Shown: positions 19,306 through 28,608, counted from the stretch's first letter. The stretch: DNA of 64,000 nt from a virus (IMGVR_UViG_3300028399_000005:19943-83942), one strand, 5' to 3'. Numbers and translations are program-made. The notes: generated from the letters alone by a model not told the origin.

Positions 19306-19367
19306 ACTTGAAAAAAGCGAGGATATAATAAAAAAGATTGCCCGCCGTTCTAACGGCGAGGGCGTTG

Positions 19368-20291
19368 CTACTCTGCCAAAGAAGAAGGATTAGAAGGAGG
19401 CAACATGGCTGTGATCTGTGTCGGGGGCAACGTAGCGCCGTTCACGATCTCGCTGTTGGCCCAGAAACGGATATTGTTAATAGTTTCTTTTTCTTCGTAC
19501 ACAACACCTATAAAATTGAATTCTGGCGCGACAATGGTCTTCAACGCACCTTCTACGTATGGTGCCCGTATGAATTCGGAATATGCTATTGGGGGGAAAC
19601 CAGCGCTTTCACCGAGTTGCTTGAGCTCGCCTGTAGTAACGGTGTGGGCGACTACGTCGTTTCTGAGGATGCTCTCTTGCGTGATGTTGTAATCCGCGCC
19701 GAGAGAGATCTGCCCCTTGAAATCAACACCCAAGATTAGGTTCGCGTTCTTGTTTGGGAGCCAGGGACTGAAGTCGGCGGACACAACCTCAAAGACGAAC
19801 CATGGGAATCTCTCGTAAATAGACCTTGGGAGAAGAAATGGTTCTATACGAGTTTGCGAGAACTTGCTCGGGCGTAGGTCTTCGACGGAGCGCAACGCAA
19901 CAATGATGTAGCGGTCGGGGCGTTCCGCGTCCGAGATCTTCAAGAATCCTTCTTTTTCCACTGCGAACTCAATGATCTCTGCGTCCCGCATCGCTTTCTT
20001 GAAGAAATCGTAGGCGTCGCTGGTCTTGAAGGCGATGTCTATGCAGTCCCCTTCGAGGGAGCTGGGATCTTCGGGGGCGTCGAGCTCTATCGGGAACTCG
20101 AGGGTCTCGGCGACTTCTTGCGGGGCGAAACCCAAGAGCAAGAGATCCACAAGGTTTGCGTTCGTCGCGAGGATACCGTTCTTCGTGAGCTTTAGGAGCA
20201 ACACGGGGTCTCCGATCCTCAAGAACGCCTCGGTTGTGTTGTAGGGTAGCGAGAACCGCAACCCTTCCAGGGAGAGTTCTTGTTCTATCAT
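19368..20291 (-). CDS. probable divergent PCNA-like sliding clamp
   Basis: N-terminal pattern (LKLTKNGILAT...VDLLLLGF...IAFKTSDAYDFFKKA...FLKISD) echoes PCNA; size fits; an RFC-like gene is present. Confidence 0.45.
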   Translation of the reverse strand: MIEQELSLEGLRFSLPYNTTEAFLRIGDPVLLLKLTKNGILATNANLVDLLLLGFAPQEVAETLEFPIELDAPEDPSSLEGDCIDIAFKTSDAYDFFKKAMRDAEIIEFAVEKEGFLKISDAERPDRYIIVALRSVEDLRPSKFSQTRIEPFLLPRSIYERFPWFVFEVVSADFSPWLPNKNANLILGVDFKGQISLGADYNITQESILRNDVVAHTVTTGELKQLGESAGFPPIAYSEFIRAPYVEGALKTIVAPEFNFIGVVYEEKETINNIRFWANSEIVNGATLPPTQITAMLPPSNPSSLAE

Positions 20292-20401
20292 GCGTTTTGT
20301 TCTTCCGAGGGGAGAAATAAAAACGCAACGTCCCGTTATAACGAAGAGACCGAGCGATAAAAAGGAAAGGCGGGGAAGGGAGCTCGTCGGCGAGGGTGCG
20401 A

Positions 20402-20959
20402 TCAATCGAGTGGCTCAAGGTAGTAGTCCACAACGTGCCCCCCGCTCGGGGTGGCGTTGTAGCCTACCTTGACAGCATCGGGGTTTTGCGGGGCATTGAT
20501 GACGGTCTTGTGCGATGTGAACTTCGAGCGGTACGGCTTGATAACGTAGTGCGGAGCGTCATTTTCGTCGGCGAATCTTGGCTCTCGGACGGAGATGACG
20601 GTAACAACGTCGTCGTCGGCAGGCTCTGGCTTGTAGGCGAGGACTTGGTTCTCGCTCATTCTCGTGCTCGAACAGACGGTGCTGAGTACTTGCGCTTTCT
20701 TGGTGTAGCTTAGGCGGACTTGTTGGTTCACGTAGATCGTTACGGGCACGGCTTCCCCGCGCATCAGTGCTTCGACTATGCTTTCGTCCTCAAATTTGAA
20801 GACTGGCCCAGCTCTGACGGCATAGCCTTGTTTTACATAGTACTTGTTCCCGCTCGCTTTGACGAGCTCGAGCGACGGGTCGAGCGATAAGACGCAATCG
20901 ACCCTTCGTTTGGTTCTCTTTGTTTGTTTGGTTCGATTTCTTACTTCATCTATGTTCAT
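20402..20959 (-). CDS. hypothetical protein
   Basis: ORF in overlapping operon. Confidence 0.6.
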   Translation of the reverse strand: MNIDEVRNRTKQTKRTKRRVDCVLSLDPSLELVKASGNKYYVKQGYAVRAGPVFKFEDESIVEALMRGEAVPVTIYVNQQVRLSYTKKAQVLSTVCSSTRMSENQVLAYKPEPADDDVVTVISVREPRFADENDAPHYVIKPYRSKFTSHKTVINAPQNPDAVKVGYNATPSGGHVVDYYLEPLD

Positions 20960-21219
20960 TCTTTACCACCTTTTTCTTTTTCCTTGACGAGTTCGTCCGC
21001 TTGTTTGATGAAACGGCGGAGTTTCTCGTCGACAGAAGCGTAATACTCGAGTGTTTCTCTCGAGATTTCGTACGCCTCGTTGGCGTCATCGTTGAGGCTT
21101 GCAATAGCCTCGCCGATCTCTTCCTCTGTACCATAAATGTAGTACAGAGTGGCGTCGCTGAGGACGATCTTGCCGTCCTCAATGGGGTGCTTGCATAGGA
21201 ACGCTAGTCGTTTACTCAT
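20956..21219 (-). CDS. small hypothetical protein (MSKRLAFLCK...)
   Basis: Start after SD GGTGAG; stop overlaps the next ATG. Confidence 0.6.
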   Translation of the reverse strand: MSKRLAFLCKHPIEDGKIVLSDATLYYIYGTEEEIGEAIASLNDDANEAYEISRETLEYYASVDEKLRRFIKQADELVKEKEKGGKE

Positions 21220-21245
21220 TTTCGACTCACCTTTCCGCTCTATCT

Positions 21246-21809
21246 CTAAAACTTGAAATAATAGAGGTAGAGGTTGTTCGTCATGGGCACGTGCACGTTT
21301 CGGAAGAACACGCGCAAGAACCGCTCGGTTACTCGCGTGCTCATCCCGAGGTGCAACGCGATGTTCCTTCTCGTGGGGACTCCGTCGAACGACCGAACCC
21401 TTTCGAGAAGGCTCACAAAGAAGCCAGGGGACATGCTGGCTGTTGCATGCTCCTTGATGGCTTCGATGATCATTTTCTTCCGCCCAGAGTAATTGATTGT
21501 AAAAACTCTGGGAGAAAGTTGGTAGTAGCGTGGGTTGTTGCGTAGCATCTTCTTGGCGGTTACGTGGCTGACTCCCTTCTTCTTCGCGTACCAACTTGCG
21601 GAGAAAACGAAGATAGAAGGGATAGAGTGGATCGTCTCGTTGCAGACCTCTGCCCAGCGGATCTTGAGGTACTGAGCTGAGAGGTAGAACGAACGCGGTA
21701 TTGTTGAGTAGAAGACCCTATACTGCCTGTTTTTTACTTTTATCGTTTTCACGGGCTCGCGGTGGCGCTTGTACGCCAGAGTCTGTTTTTCGTCTCGTGG
21801 TATGATCAT
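21246..21809 (-). CDS. putative DNA-binding (wHTH-like) protein
   Basis: Basic protein with PTRRNIALHLGMSTRVTERFL HTH-like segment; class-1 promoter at 21810-21849. Confidence 0.55.
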   Translation of the reverse strand: MIIPRDEKQTLAYKRHREPVKTIKVKNRQYRVFYSTIPRSFYLSAQYLKIRWAEVCNETIHSIPSIFVFSASWYAKKKGVSHVTAKKMLRNNPRYYQLSPRVFTINYSGRKKMIIEAIKEHATASMSPGFFVSLLERVRSFDGVPTRRNIALHLGMSTRVTERFLRVFFRNVHVPMTNNLYLYYFKF

Positions 21810-21920
21810 CAATTACATTATTACACATTGTATTATTTAAAGGTTGTGGTAATAAGATGTTGTCCGCCCGTCGTTATAACGGTTCTTCAATCTTTTATTA
21901 TCGGCGGCGAAAAGATACCC

Positions 21921-23900
21921 ATGAACGAACAAGACGAATCATTCGACCCAGAGAAAGTAGTAGCGAAAATTCTCGATCTTGCGCCGAAAACAGTCCTCAT
22001 CATGGGAAAGATCGGCGAGGACGAAAGAAAGGCGCTTGAGCGCCACATCAAGGAAGAATTCAAGAAGAGCGCCGAAAAGGAGAACGCCCACGCAGAACTA
22101 CTCGGTTTCGCGGACTACTACGGACGGCACCAAAAATACGAAAAAACGAAGAAAGCATTCGGCGACCGAATCGTCGAAGCCCTTGACAGAATCGCAACAA
22201 ACCAAATAGTCGACATTCTCGAAGTGTACCGCCCATTGTTGCTCTCGAAATATTACAACTTTACGCACTTGAACAAAAAAATAGACGGGAGGATCGCAGA
22301 CATTCTCGTCCCCACGAATTTCGAGCGAGTCTTTCTATCTACACTGTTCGTCGGCGAAATAACGCACTTGGCAACAGGCGCCGAGCTCGTGGGGAGTATT
22401 TCCCGTCCAGACCTCGAATTCAAGGCGAAAGAAAGCGATTTCGACGTTCGGGCGTTTTCCACGCACGAACTCACGTTCGCAACGGCGGTCGGTTTCACGC
22501 TCGAAAAAGTGTTCAAGCGTTTGCTCGCACGCGTTACGCAAACGGCGTATGAGAACGACGTGCCAAACGTCGTGGCGACCGTTGATCGGTTCGTAGCGTC
22601 GATTAAAGGACGAGAACTCTTGCTCGAGCTCGTCGAAGACCCTGGCTTCGACTTGCAAGTGCGGGAATGGGAGAGCCTCGGAATGCTCGATGAGTCAGTC
22701 ATCGATCCTCGAGAAGCCGTCCGCGAGCACGCCCTTCAAGAACCGACGGCGTCTTTCCGAACGTTGTTCTTGCCCTTCGACTCAAGGTTTTTCTCCCGCG
22801 AGAACAAACAACGCATGCTCGACCTCTTCGAGCATGATAAAGACGGTGCTGTCCTCGTCGGCGATAGCTACGTGGCCTTGCGCGTGCTTGCGGATGACGC
22901 TACCATTAACAAGAGCTTCGTCCAGACCATTTTCATCGATCCGCCGTTCAACAAGCCGAACGAGGCGAACTACAAGTATAGCGTCAAGATCGGCGACGAC
23001 GTCTGGATTGCCATGCTCCGCTCAAGGCTTCGGCTCGCAAGGGAGCTCTTGCACGAGACGGGCTCGATCTTCGTTCGATGCGACTATGAGGGCTCTCACT
23101 ACGTCCACCTTCTTCTCGACGAGATTTTCGGCAAGAAGAATTTCCGCAACGAAATCGTCGTCAAGCGCTCGAACCGCATCAAGAGCCCGACGTCTCGCTT
23201 CTTGTCGTGGCACGACGTTGTGTTCTTCTATGCGAAAAGAGCGGACAGAGCTTTTTTCAAAGAGCTTGTCGTCGATGAAGAGGCACGCAATGGCTGGCGG
23301 GGAATGGACATGCCAGGCGATTCTTACGAGGTCGTCCCCTCGGGGCTCGAGTCATTATTCGAGCCGTGGATGCTTGAGAAAGACTCTTATGAACAGACAG
23401 TTACTCGTGCGAGGCTGTTCTTCGGAAAACCTATCATGCCCCCGCCAGGGCGCAGATTCCCTTCCCAAGCAAAAATCAACGAAGAGATCGAGAAGGGCAA
23501 TATTCGCTTTTCTCGCTCGGGGCGCCCGTTGATCCGCAAGCGTGGCTACAAGGTGCTTACCGACGATTGGACGGACATTTTCGGCTACAAGAACCGCTTC
23601 GGGTTCACGACGGAGAACAGCGAGGAACTGCTACGACGCGTGATCATGGCAACTTCGAAGGAAGAGGACGTTGTGCTCGACTTTTTCGCTGGTAGCGGGA
23701 CGACCCTTGCCGTGGCGCACAAGCTCGGGCGAAAATGGGTCGGCGTAGAAATCAACGACCACGCTTTCGAGGTGCTCATCCCCCGCATGAAGAAAGTGCT
23801 GTTCTACGACGAAGGAGAGATCAGCTCGTTGAAAGAAGTCAGAGAAAAATACAACAAACGCCGAGCTGGCGGGGTCTTCTACTATTACTCTTATGAATAG
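21921..23900 (+). CDS. beta-class adenine DNA methyltransferase (Mod-like) with long N-terminal extension
   Basis: IFIDPPFN, KNFRNEIV, VLDFFAGSGTTLAVAHKLGRKWVGVE. Confidence 0.9.
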   Translation: MNEQDESFDPEKVVAKILDLAPKTVLIMGKIGEDERKALERHIKEEFKKSAEKENAHAELLGFADYYGRHQKYEKTKKAFGDRIVEALDRIATNQIVDILEVYRPLLLSKYYNFTHLNKKIDGRIADILVPTNFERVFLSTLFVGEITHLATGAELVGSISRPDLEFKAKESDFDVRAFSTHELTFATAVGFTLEKVFKRLLARVTQTAYENDVPNVVATVDRFVASIKGRELLLELVEDPGFDLQVREWESLGMLDESVIDPREAVREHALQEPTASFRTLFLPFDSRFFSRENKQRMLDLFEHDKDGAVLVGDSYVALRVLADDATINKSFVQTIFIDPPFNKPNEANYKYSVKIGDDVWIAMLRSRLRLARELLHETGSIFVRCDYEGSHYVHLLLDEIFGKKNFRNEIVVKRSNRIKSPTSRFLSWHDVVFFYAKRADRAFFKELVVDEEARNGWRGMDMPGDSYEVVPSGLESLFEPWMLEKDSYEQTVTRARLFFGKPIMPPPGRRFPSQAKINEEIEKGNIRFSRSGRPLIRKRGYKVLTDDWTDIFGYKNRFGFTTENSEELLRRVIMATSKEEDVVLDFFAGSGTTLAVAHKLGRKWVGVEINDHAFEVLIPRMKKVLFYDEGEISSLKEVREKYNKRRAGGVFYYYSYE

Positions 23901-24658
23901 CGCTTTTTGGGTTTGCCGACCACTCGGTCTCGCCATAAAAACAGCCCGCTCGTTTCCTTGCTCCCGAAGTGGTTGAACTCGCTGTCGAAAAACGTCGAGA
24001 GACGGGCGTTCTCCCATCCACCGTTGATTCTGGCGAGCTTTTCATAGACGGACGGCACGGGGACATCGTGCTCGACAATGTAGGCCCAGACGTCTTTCGC
24101 CGTCCACTCGGCGATCGGGAACGCCGTGTCCGTGAACCCGCTCTTTTTCGGTTCTATCCACGTTCCCGTGCGTCGCTTCGCCTCGGCGATCCGCGCTCGG
24201 CGCTTCTGGGACTCTTGGGATCGTAGACCGAGGAAACAGACGTCCCAGCCGTGGCGTTTCACGGCTTCCGACAAACGGGGGAAAAACGGCGATTTAGCGA
24301 TGTGTGATTCTCTTGCGGACGGTTTATCGCCCCCAGGCCTTTTCTCGTAACTATGGCGAGAAAAAGGGGCAATCTGGTCAATTCCTTGCAAGATCTCTTT
24401 CTCGATCCAACGGGGGATCAACCATTCGCCGTAGTCCCAGTGGCGAACCCAGACGTCCCTCTTGTACTGGACGACGAGATGGAGCATCGCCATGGAGTCC
24501 TTCCCGCCAGAGACGGCGACATAGGGGTTTTGATAGCTCGCCAAGACTCGGCGAATGAACGAGCGGGACGTGGCTACCTTGCGCCGATACTCCGACGTGT
24601 TCGTGTGTAGGAGAAAGCCAGCGATGACGGGTTTCGGCATGAATTTGGACGGTTTCAT
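23891..24658 (-). CDS. cysH: CysH/PAPS-reductase-like protein of type IV-B CRISPR-Cas
   Basis: VAVSGGKDS PP-loop, GLRSQES..R, PIAEWTAKDVWAYI; last gene of the csf operon. Confidence 0.88.
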   Translation of the reverse strand: MKPSKFMPKPVIAGFLLHTNTSEYRRKVATSRSFIRRVLASYQNPYVAVSGGKDSMAMLHLVVQYKRDVWVRHWDYGEWLIPRWIEKEILQGIDQIAPFSRHSYEKRPGGDKPSARESHIAKSPFFPRLSEAVKRHGWDVCFLGLRSQESQKRRARIAEAKRRTGTWIEPKKSGFTDTAFPIAEWTAKDVWAYIVEHDVPVPSVYEKLARINGGWENARLSTFFDSEFNHFGSKETSGLFLWRDRVVGKPKKRYS

Positions 24659-25449
24659 TGCGCAAGACCTATTTTTTGCTTTACTTGGGCGGAGAGCTCG
24701 CACTTTGCGCCGACGGGGACGCACGCGTCGATGTTTCGTCTGTCCCAGTACGGCGGTTTCCAGGCGAGGTAGGCGAAGTCGTCGTATTCGTCGCAGTAGC
24801 GCGTCGGGATGGGTCGTAGCGCTTCTTTTGTTTTCGGGTTCCAGAAGCTCGCCTTGTCGGGGTTTGGCTTGATCTCGACATGGCTGACTTCGCCGAAGCC
24901 GTAGGCGGTCTTTTTCCCGAGCCCCGTAACGTGTGCTATGAGCGATAGCAAGGAGTAGGGCTTCGCCTCGACGAAGACGTCGGCGTATCGGGCGGAAATG
25001 TAGGGGATTCTGATCGAGTAGTTCTTGAACGTCCCAGAGCCGAGGCTGATCTTGCTCTTCTTCCCGCCGATCTTGTGGGCGTCTGGCTCGTGGAAGCGTT
25101 TGTAAACATACTCGATGTTCGCCCGCTCCTCGACGTTGATGAGCTTCCCGTCGGCGTCCTTGAATAGGATGACAGAGGAGTGATAGAAGTACGTTTGGCG
25201 GATTGGCATGGGCAACGCTCGGACGCGCTTTCCGAGGGGGTCGTTCGAGGGGAGCATGTAGTAGTCTTGCCCGAGGGTGAGGCGGAGCAACATGTGCGCC
25301 ACGAGCCCGTCGAAGTTGATCCACGGGTGCGTGATCATGACGGGCGCTTTCAAGTGGAACCGCACGAGGACGTGCGCCCACTCTTCGCCTTTGAGCGTGG
25401 CGTAGTACTCCGTCGGCGTGTCCGCGAGCAAGTATTGCCGTAGGAACAT
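24655..25449 (-). CDS. csf3: type IV Cas5 (Csf3) RAMP
   Basis: INFDGLVAH, SGTFKNY, Gly-loop GLGKKTAYGFGEV, LRPIP, PPYW. Confidence 0.88.
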   Translation of the reverse strand: MFLRQYLLADTPTEYYATLKGEEWAHVLVRFHLKAPVMITHPWINFDGLVAHMLLRLTLGQDYYMLPSNDPLGKRVRALPMPIRQTYFYHSSVILFKDADGKLINVEERANIEYVYKRFHEPDAHKIGGKKSKISLGSGTFKNYSIRIPYISARYADVFVEAKPYSLLSLIAHVTGLGKKTAYGFGEVSHVEIKPNPDKASFWNPKTKEALRPIPTRYCDEYDDFAYLAWKPPYWDRRNIDACVPVGAKCELSAQVKQKIGLAQ

Positions 25450-25453
25450 AGCG

Positions 25454-26344
25454 TCATCCCTTCTTCTTGAACGATGAGAAATCGATTTTCTGGGCATCAA
25501 TCGCCTGCAAGAGCGCCAAGATGTCGTCTTGATTTTCTTCGACGAATCTTAGATACGTTTCTTCTTTTCCGAGTGCGCTCAAGGCAGTCTTGTCGTAGTC
25601 TGGACGCAACGCGCCGAGCCCGATGCTTGACTTCCCGCCGACGTAGCAATTGTTCTCCCAGATTCGGAACGCTCTTCGGAAGAACGCTTCTTCGACGGGC
25701 GTGGGGTCTTCGAGGACGAAAGCGTGCGTCAGCCTCGTGCCAGGGATCAAGACCTCGTATTCGACGAGCATTTGTTGTGCTTGTTCGCCTTCGTCCCGCT
25801 CGGCTCTGAGCTCGTCTTTGCGGGTCTGGTAAGTGTCGCTCATGAGCTCGTGGAAACTGAATTCGGCGCCCCTAACCGTTGAAGGGTCGAACGTGATCCC
25901 TTCGAGCTCCTTGCAGATCGGGAAAGCGTTCATGACCTTGAGCTTTCCCGTGAACGCTTGGTTGAGGAAGGACGAGCCGAAAACACTAATGGGGGGCAAG
26001 AGGTATCGGATGGTCTTCCTCGCTTCGAGGTTGAGCGTCCCGCTGTCCTTCGAGGACACTTTCTCGAGGTTCCCGCCCGAGTAGAAAAAGTGGTAGAGTC
26101 TGGCGGTCTCGAATCGGTGTCTTTGGCCCTCTCTGTAGCCCACGAGGTCGAGGAAGTCCTTCATGACGAGGCGTCGCAGGCGCCCTCTGATTGCATTTCC
26201 GCTGATGTAGGGCACTTCTTGGATCCCCTTGTTCGTGATCATTTCGATTCTTCGGAACCCGATCGTGGATCCCGTTTTTTCGTTCCCGCCGTGGTGGACG
26301 GGGGAAAGAGCTGTCAATATTCCGCTGATTTTAATTGTCTTCAT
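25454..26344 (-). CDS. csf2: type IV Cas7 (Csf2) backbone subunit
   Basis: TALSPVHHG, VPYISGNAIRGRLRR, YEVLIPGT, VGGKSSIGLG. Confidence 0.92.
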   Translation of the reverse strand: MKTIKISGILTALSPVHHGGNEKTGSTIGFRRIEMITNKGIQEVPYISGNAIRGRLRRLVMKDFLDLVGYREGQRHRFETARLYHFFYSGGNLEKVSSKDSGTLNLEARKTIRYLLPPISVFGSSFLNQAFTGKLKVMNAFPICKELEGITFDPSTVRGAEFSFHELMSDTYQTRKDELRAERDEGEQAQQMLVEYEVLIPGTRLTHAFVLEDPTPVEEAFFRRAFRIWENNCYVGGKSSIGLGALRPDYDKTALSALGKEETYLRFVEENQDDILALLQAIDAQKIDFSSFKKKG

Positions 26345-26370
26345 TCTTTTTTTCTCAACTCCTTTTGTTC

Positions 26371-26706
26371 TTACTTTTCATGGCACGAGCAATAGCAACC
26401 GAAGGCTTTGTAGCTCACGTTGCATCGCTCGGTGCATCTTCTGTCCGAGTGATGGCGAAACTCGAACTTTTTCTTGAGCGTCCACTTGACCTTTCTCGGC
26501 GAGTAGCCTACCGAGAAAAGCCCTTCGTGGGTCTTTTCTGTGGCAACGATCTCTTGGAAAAGCTCGTATTTCTCGAGCTCGCCGACGAGCGAGGAGACAA
26601 CTTCCCGCAAGCGGTTCGTGATCTCGCTCGCCACGATTTGGGCGAGGAATACAAGATCGTCCCGTGATTCTTCGCCGTGCATTGTTTCTTCCGTTTCTTC
26701 CGTCAT
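26371..26706 (-). CDS. extra ORF inside the type IV-B operon with Cys/His-rich C-terminus
   Basis: HHSDRRCTERC...CYCSCHEK; ATG overlaps the cas11 stop. Confidence 0.6.
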   Translation of the reverse strand: MTEETEETMHGEESRDDLVFLAQIVASEITNRLREVVSSLVGELEKYELFQEIVATEKTHEGLFSVGYSPRKVKWTLKKKFEFRHHSDRRCTERCNVSYKAFGCYCSCHEK

Positions 26707-27131
26707 TCTTCATCATCCTTTGCTTTTCGTTGCTTTTCCTTCCGCTTCTCGCGTAGCAACTGCGAGTATCTTCGAGCGAGCATCACGCAGAGCTGGGACT
26801 CCGTGCGGACGGTGTCGAGGAACTCGTCGGCGTATTTCTCCGCCTCGAGGATGAGCTCTGGCTCATCATGGAGCGCTTGGATGCTCAGCTGGTTGCAGAG
26901 CTTGTTCACGAACTTTGCAACGGTCGGCTTGCGGGAAGAGTTCTTGATTCTGTGCTCGAAAATGTCCGTGGCGATCTTGGACGTGCTCATCTGGTGCCAG
27001 TTCACTTGGTAGTAGACCCTTCCGAGAAGGGCGGAGATGAGCTCGTACACTCGCTTTTTTCTTGGCGAGACCCACGAGAGGTCTTGGCCTGGCAATATTT
27101 CTTCGAGGCTAAAAGTAGATTTCTGCGCCAT
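26703..27131 (-). CDS. cas11: Cas11-like small subunit
   Basis: Small helical protein (VNW...DIFEHRIKNSS...FVNKLCNQL) between csf1 and csf2. Confidence 0.7.
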   Translation of the reverse strand: MAQKSTFSLEEILPGQDLSWVSPRKKRVYELISALLGRVYYQVNWHQMSTSKIATDIFEHRIKNSSRKPTVAKFVNKLCNQLSIQALHDEPELILEAEKYADEFLDTVRTESQLCVMLARRYSQLLREKRKEKQRKAKDDEE

Positions 27132-27879
27132 AGACTTCGCCTTCTTCTTCTTTCTTTCGTTTTTTCGATTGCTTCTCGGGCTTCTTAGTATCTTTGCGGA
27201 GCGTCTTCATGGTCGTGAGCTTCTTCGGCGTATCCGTGCACTTGACGACGAGCTCCCAGGCGGGGTTCCCCGCGAACTTCTTCGCCTCGTAGTAGTGCTG
27301 TATCGCCCCGACCTCGACGAGCGTCTCGATGATCGAGCTGTTGGTCTCGAGCGTTTCGAGGCGCTTCTTCCCGAAAAATGGCATGAGCGCGTCGACGAGT
27401 CCCGTGATTTTCTCGTAGCTTCGTGGCGTGAACCGTGCGACGTCTTCTTCGAAGATCACGACGAATCTGTTGATTGACCCCTCGTTCGACGGCGTGTTGA
27501 TGGCGAACGGGTTCACGATCCATCCGTGCTTCTTGAAGCTCTTCGTTACGAAGATTGCGAAGGGCTCGTTTCGAGCGAGCGCTTCGGTGAGGACGTCCCG
27601 AAACTCGTTGAACTTGAACGCCTTGAACCTTGCGGGGGAAACAACCCAGTTCGTTTTTCGGACTGTCGCTTCTTTGAGCGCCCCCGCACAAAAAACGCAG
27701 AGCCCGTGGCCCGCTTTCAAGTGCTGGAATCCCGTGAAATTGCCCGAGACTACTCTCTTGATGTCCACGAGCTCGTCGACGGTCTCCATGCAAATATAGC
27801 ACCTACCGTGGTGCTTTTCGCCCGAGATTGGCTCGATCATTTTTGCTTGTGCGAGCAGGCGTGGTATTGTGAGAATCAT
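27109..27879 (-). CDS. csf1: Csf1 (Cas8-like) large subunit
   Basis: CYIC...LCVFC Zn motif, EPFAIFVTKSFKKHGW; first gene of the csf operon. Confidence 0.8.
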   Translation of the reverse strand: MILTIPRLLAQAKMIEPISGEKHHGRCYICMETVDELVDIKRVVSGNFTGFQHLKAGHGLCVFCAGALKEATVRKTNWVVSPARFKAFKFNEFRDVLTEALARNEPFAIFVTKSFKKHGWIVNPFAINTPSNEGSINRFVVIFEEDVARFTPRSYEKITGLVDALMPFFGKKRLETLETNSSIIETLVEVGAIQHYYEAKKFAGNPAWELVVKCTDTPKKLTTMKTLRKDTKKPEKQSKKRKKEEEGEVYGAEIYF

Positions 27880-27928
27880 CAAGCAATCGACGATTTATCG
27901 AGAATCGCTGTATAATAGCCTTGCTCGC

Positions 27929-27973
27929 CGTTATAACGATACTTTTCTTTCTTTAGGTGAACTTGTTATAACG
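27929..27973. promoter_or_regulatory. two CGTTATAACG-type operators serving divergent promoters (csf operon and small ORF)
   Basis: cgttataacg at 27929-27938 and tgttataacg at 27964-27973, each ~11-12 bp from a TATA-like box. Confidence 0.7.
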
Positions 27974-28014
27974 AGGCGAAAATCGTTTAAGAATCGGGCG
28001 GAAAACATACAAAT

Positions 28015-28140
28015 ATGAAGATCGAAAAACTATCAAGATACTTTAGAAAAACAGAAGCGCGCCAGAGACCCATGAGCGGTTTTCAGAAGCACGTTCGCGC
28101 GTTCCGTCGTTTCCGATTTCGTGCGGTCATGTCTTCATAG
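28015..28140 (+). CDS. small Arg-rich peptide (41 aa), not in ORF track
   Basis: MKIEKLSRYFRKTEARQRPMSGFQKHVRAFRRFRFRAVMSS; ATG ~25 nt after tttaag box. Confidence 0.45.
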   Translation: MKIEKLSRYFRKTEARQRPMSGFQKHVRAFRRFRFRAVMSS

Positions 28141-28144
28141 GCGA

Positions 28145-28216
28145 AGTAGGCAAAGAAAGGAAAAAAGGGCGGAGCAGAGCTCCGAAAGGCAAAGGCGGAG
28201 AGGAAGCGGTAGGCGC
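28145..28216 (-). terminator. cassette A 3' element: CU-hexamers, CGGAGC-TCT-GCTCCG hairpin and pyrimidine tract
   Basis: Homologous element at 28535-28608. Confidence 0.6.
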
Positions 28217-28348
28217 TCAGAGCTCGAGGTTGTCGAAGAATTCGCTAAATAAGACCGCTAAGAGCTCATCGTCGAACTCTGACAGCGCCTTCGCTTCGTA
28301 AAGCTTTGAAGAATTGTCGTCTTTTGAGAAGTTGTCGTTCTCGCTCAT
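28217..28348 (-). CDS. small acidic protein, cassette A (43 aa)
   Basis: ATG after the conserved leader and promoter. Confidence 0.55.
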   Translation of the reverse strand: MSENDNFSKDDNSSKLYEAKALSEFDDELLAVLFSEFFDNLEL

Positions 28349-28402
28349 GGTACATCCCTGTCGTCGGGCGGGTCTCCTTCCCCCTTGCGGGGGTAACCCA
28401 CC
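28349..28402 (-). ncRNA. conserved structured 5' leader, copy A
   Basis: GGUGGGU-UA-CCCCC-GCAA-GGGGG-AAGGAG-ACCCGCC-CGACGAC. Confidence 0.7.
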
Positions 28403-28534
28403 AATATAATATAGGAAGGAGAAATATAAAAAGGTTGTGGTAAAGGTAATCAATATGTTTGTATTTTTCTGATAAAAAATAAGAGAAACTTGGCAGGCGG
28501 TTTATTACAAAAAAATGACAAAAAATAGCGCGAC

Positions 28535-28608
28535 GGAAGCGGTAGCAAAGAAAGAAAAGAAGGGGCGAAGCAAAGCTCCGCAAAGTTAGGAAGGCAAAGT
28601 TGAAGGGC
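28535..28608 (-). terminator. cassette B 3' element: CGGAGC-TTT-GCTTCG hairpin and pyrimidine tract
   Basis: Homologous to 28145-28216. Confidence 0.6.

Noticed and set aside
24659-25381. N-terminal half of the 496-aa ORF called for cysH
   Set aside because: Overlaps csf3 in another frame; CysH most likely starts at 24658
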